The notes under the pieces were generated by a model. It did no database searches. It saw nothing but the letters and a program-made list of their open reading frames with translations, and was not told the DNA's origin. This document shows positions 62,543 to 64,000 of a DNA stretch of 64,000 nucleotides, piece after piece. The translations under genes and the position numbers were made by a program. The stretch is from Octopus bimaculoides (Eukaryota), in contig NC_068982.1 in the NCBI RefSeq assembly GCF_001194135.2, positions 128,774,906 to 128,838,905 on the forward strand. The letters are read 5' to 3'. The stretch's first letter is position 1. Each line of letters opens with the position of its first letter.

Positions 62543-62675
62543 AGGAGAAGACTGGAGAGAAGAAGGAGAAGACTGGAGAGAAGAAGGAGAAGACTGGAGA
62601 GAAGAAGGAGAAGACTGGAGAGAAGAAGGAGAAGACTGGAGAGAAGAAGGAGAAGACTGGAGAGAAGAAGGAGGA
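62543..62675. repeat. Perfect 21-bp minisatellite, 6 copies
   Basis: Unit gactggagagaagaaggagaa starting at 62550, 62571, 62592, 62613, 62634, 62655. Confidence 0.95.
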
Positions 62676-63584
62676 GGAGAGTTACGGTGAACAATGATAA
62701 TGATGATGGCAACAATGACAACCATGATGAAGACAATATCAACAATGATGATGAGGAGGAGGAGGAGGAGGAAGAGTGGGGGGACAGCATACAGCAACTG
62801 TTTTTCTTTGAAGAGTTGCAGAAAAAAACTGATGAACTGCAAAAGATACAATCAAGATATTCATGATTGCATAAGAAAATATCTTGTTCAATAAATAGAT
62901 GAGTTCAGTTTGATTTTTAAGTTTGAAGTGGATCAAGTCCTCTCCTAAAAAAATATAAAAAAGCTTTGTTAAAGAGATTATCATTTTTCAGATTATTAAC
63001 CACTTATTTTAAAGATGAAAATAGTATTTTACAATATTTACATCAGTTTCATCTCTGATCATCACCATAATGTGCACTCCAAGATTCAATTTGAATCTTT
63101 TTATAATTAATTTAGAAATAACAGCTGCTTTTTAGAATCCAGTCGAAGATGATGTACACAATTAGAGATATGATACCTGATGGCAGAGACCAAACCAATC
63201 ACAGCAATGAGAATGCAAATATTACTGAAAATCATATTTAATCTCTAAAGATGTGGTTAATAGTCTAAAAAATAATAATTATATTAACTATTAATCTTAG
63301 AAATTTAGTAATTTAATCAAATATTTAGCAAAATTTGTTTGAAATTATTAGAACCAATATTAAAAAAAGAAAAATATAATCATTTATAGAAAGCTGTCCA
63401 TTTGTAATAAAAACTAAATCATAATATTCCTCCCGCTCTCTCTCTTTCTCTATCTTGAGCTTATGATCTCATTATCCCAGAGATTACATGGGTTTCTGAA
63501 GTGTTTAGTTGTCTGAGAGTACAAGACTACCTTCCTTTGAATGAGTTTCCAGTTCATTTGCGGGTTAATCCCTAGTATCTGCCC

Positions 63585-63706
63585 TAGTAGAGCAACAGAA
63601 AATGAAGTGCCTTGCTCAATGATACATGTCCACTGGTTTGGGAATAAAACTCATGATTTAATGAATGTGAGGCTAATTCCCTAACCACCAAAGCACTTTC
63701 CTTCAC
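63585..63706 (-). mobile_element. tRNA-headed SINE fragment
   Basis: Minus strand: ggtggttaggg (A-box-like)...gagttttattccc (B-box-like)...ttgagcaaggcactt. Confidence 0.55.
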
Positions 63707-63767
63707 CTGTGATAATATAGTCAGGAAAATAGAAGATAAACAAACTATCGCGAAAGTGAAATCATGA

Positions 63768-63917
63768 TGGCACCACTGTCCGAGCGTGATCGTTACCAGC
63801 ACTTCCTGGCACTTGTGCCGCAGCGTCACGTTCCTGGCATCTAGTTTTCCAGTCCTCAGTCAAATCGTCCAACCCATGCTGGCATGGAAAGCGGACGTTA
63901 AACGATGACGATGATGA
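63768..63917 (+). mobile_element. SINE family A, CpG-rich copy lacking the central segment
   Basis: caccactgtccgagcgtgatcg joined directly to cagtcaaatcgtccaacccatgctggcatggaaagcggacgttaaacgatgacgatg. Confidence 0.8.
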
Positions 63918-64000
63918 TTTGTGAACTGCTGAAGTTTAATCCTGATAAGTTTTTCTTATACATATTATAAATCAATTAATTCATTACTATAGGAAAAAGA

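Noticed and set aside
62356-62984. Low-complexity ORFs on both strands
   Set aside because: Produced by trinucleotide and 21-bp repeats plus SINE remnants; no splice support.

Overview
AT-rich, microsatellite- and SINE-rich eukaryotic DNA with two N gaps. The repeat families resemble those I recall from Octopus genomes, so the source is probably a coleoid cephalopod (inference). Almost the whole window is the interior of one giant minus-strand gene for an Ig/FN3 muscle protein of the titin/twitchin family, open at both ends. I traced 58 coding exons by hand (e1-e58 in transcript order, 60300 down to 220). All have GT-AG ends and compatible phases. The 57 core exons total 12,643 nt (4,214 codons), and a putative 1,071-nt unique exon adds 357 aa. 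Domain order: 16 proximal tandem Ig with K/E/P linkers; an Ig with a WSKGKW motif recalling titin N2A I80 and MyBP-C C1; a ~125-aa charged insert; 10 short tandem Ig of distal-titin type, interrupted by the unique exon with (S/R)A(E/G)YGQ repeats; then Ig-Fn3-Fn3-Fn3-Ig-Ig-Fn3-Fn3-Fn3-Ig-Ig-Fn3-Fn3-Fn3-Fn3. This looks more like the I-band to I/A-junction layout of vertebrate titin than like twitchin/projectin. Introns hold several SINE families, three decayed LINE ORF2 fragments, fold-back elements, minisatellites and a few candidate micro-exons or small ORFs. No kinase domain lies in the window, and no database searches were run.
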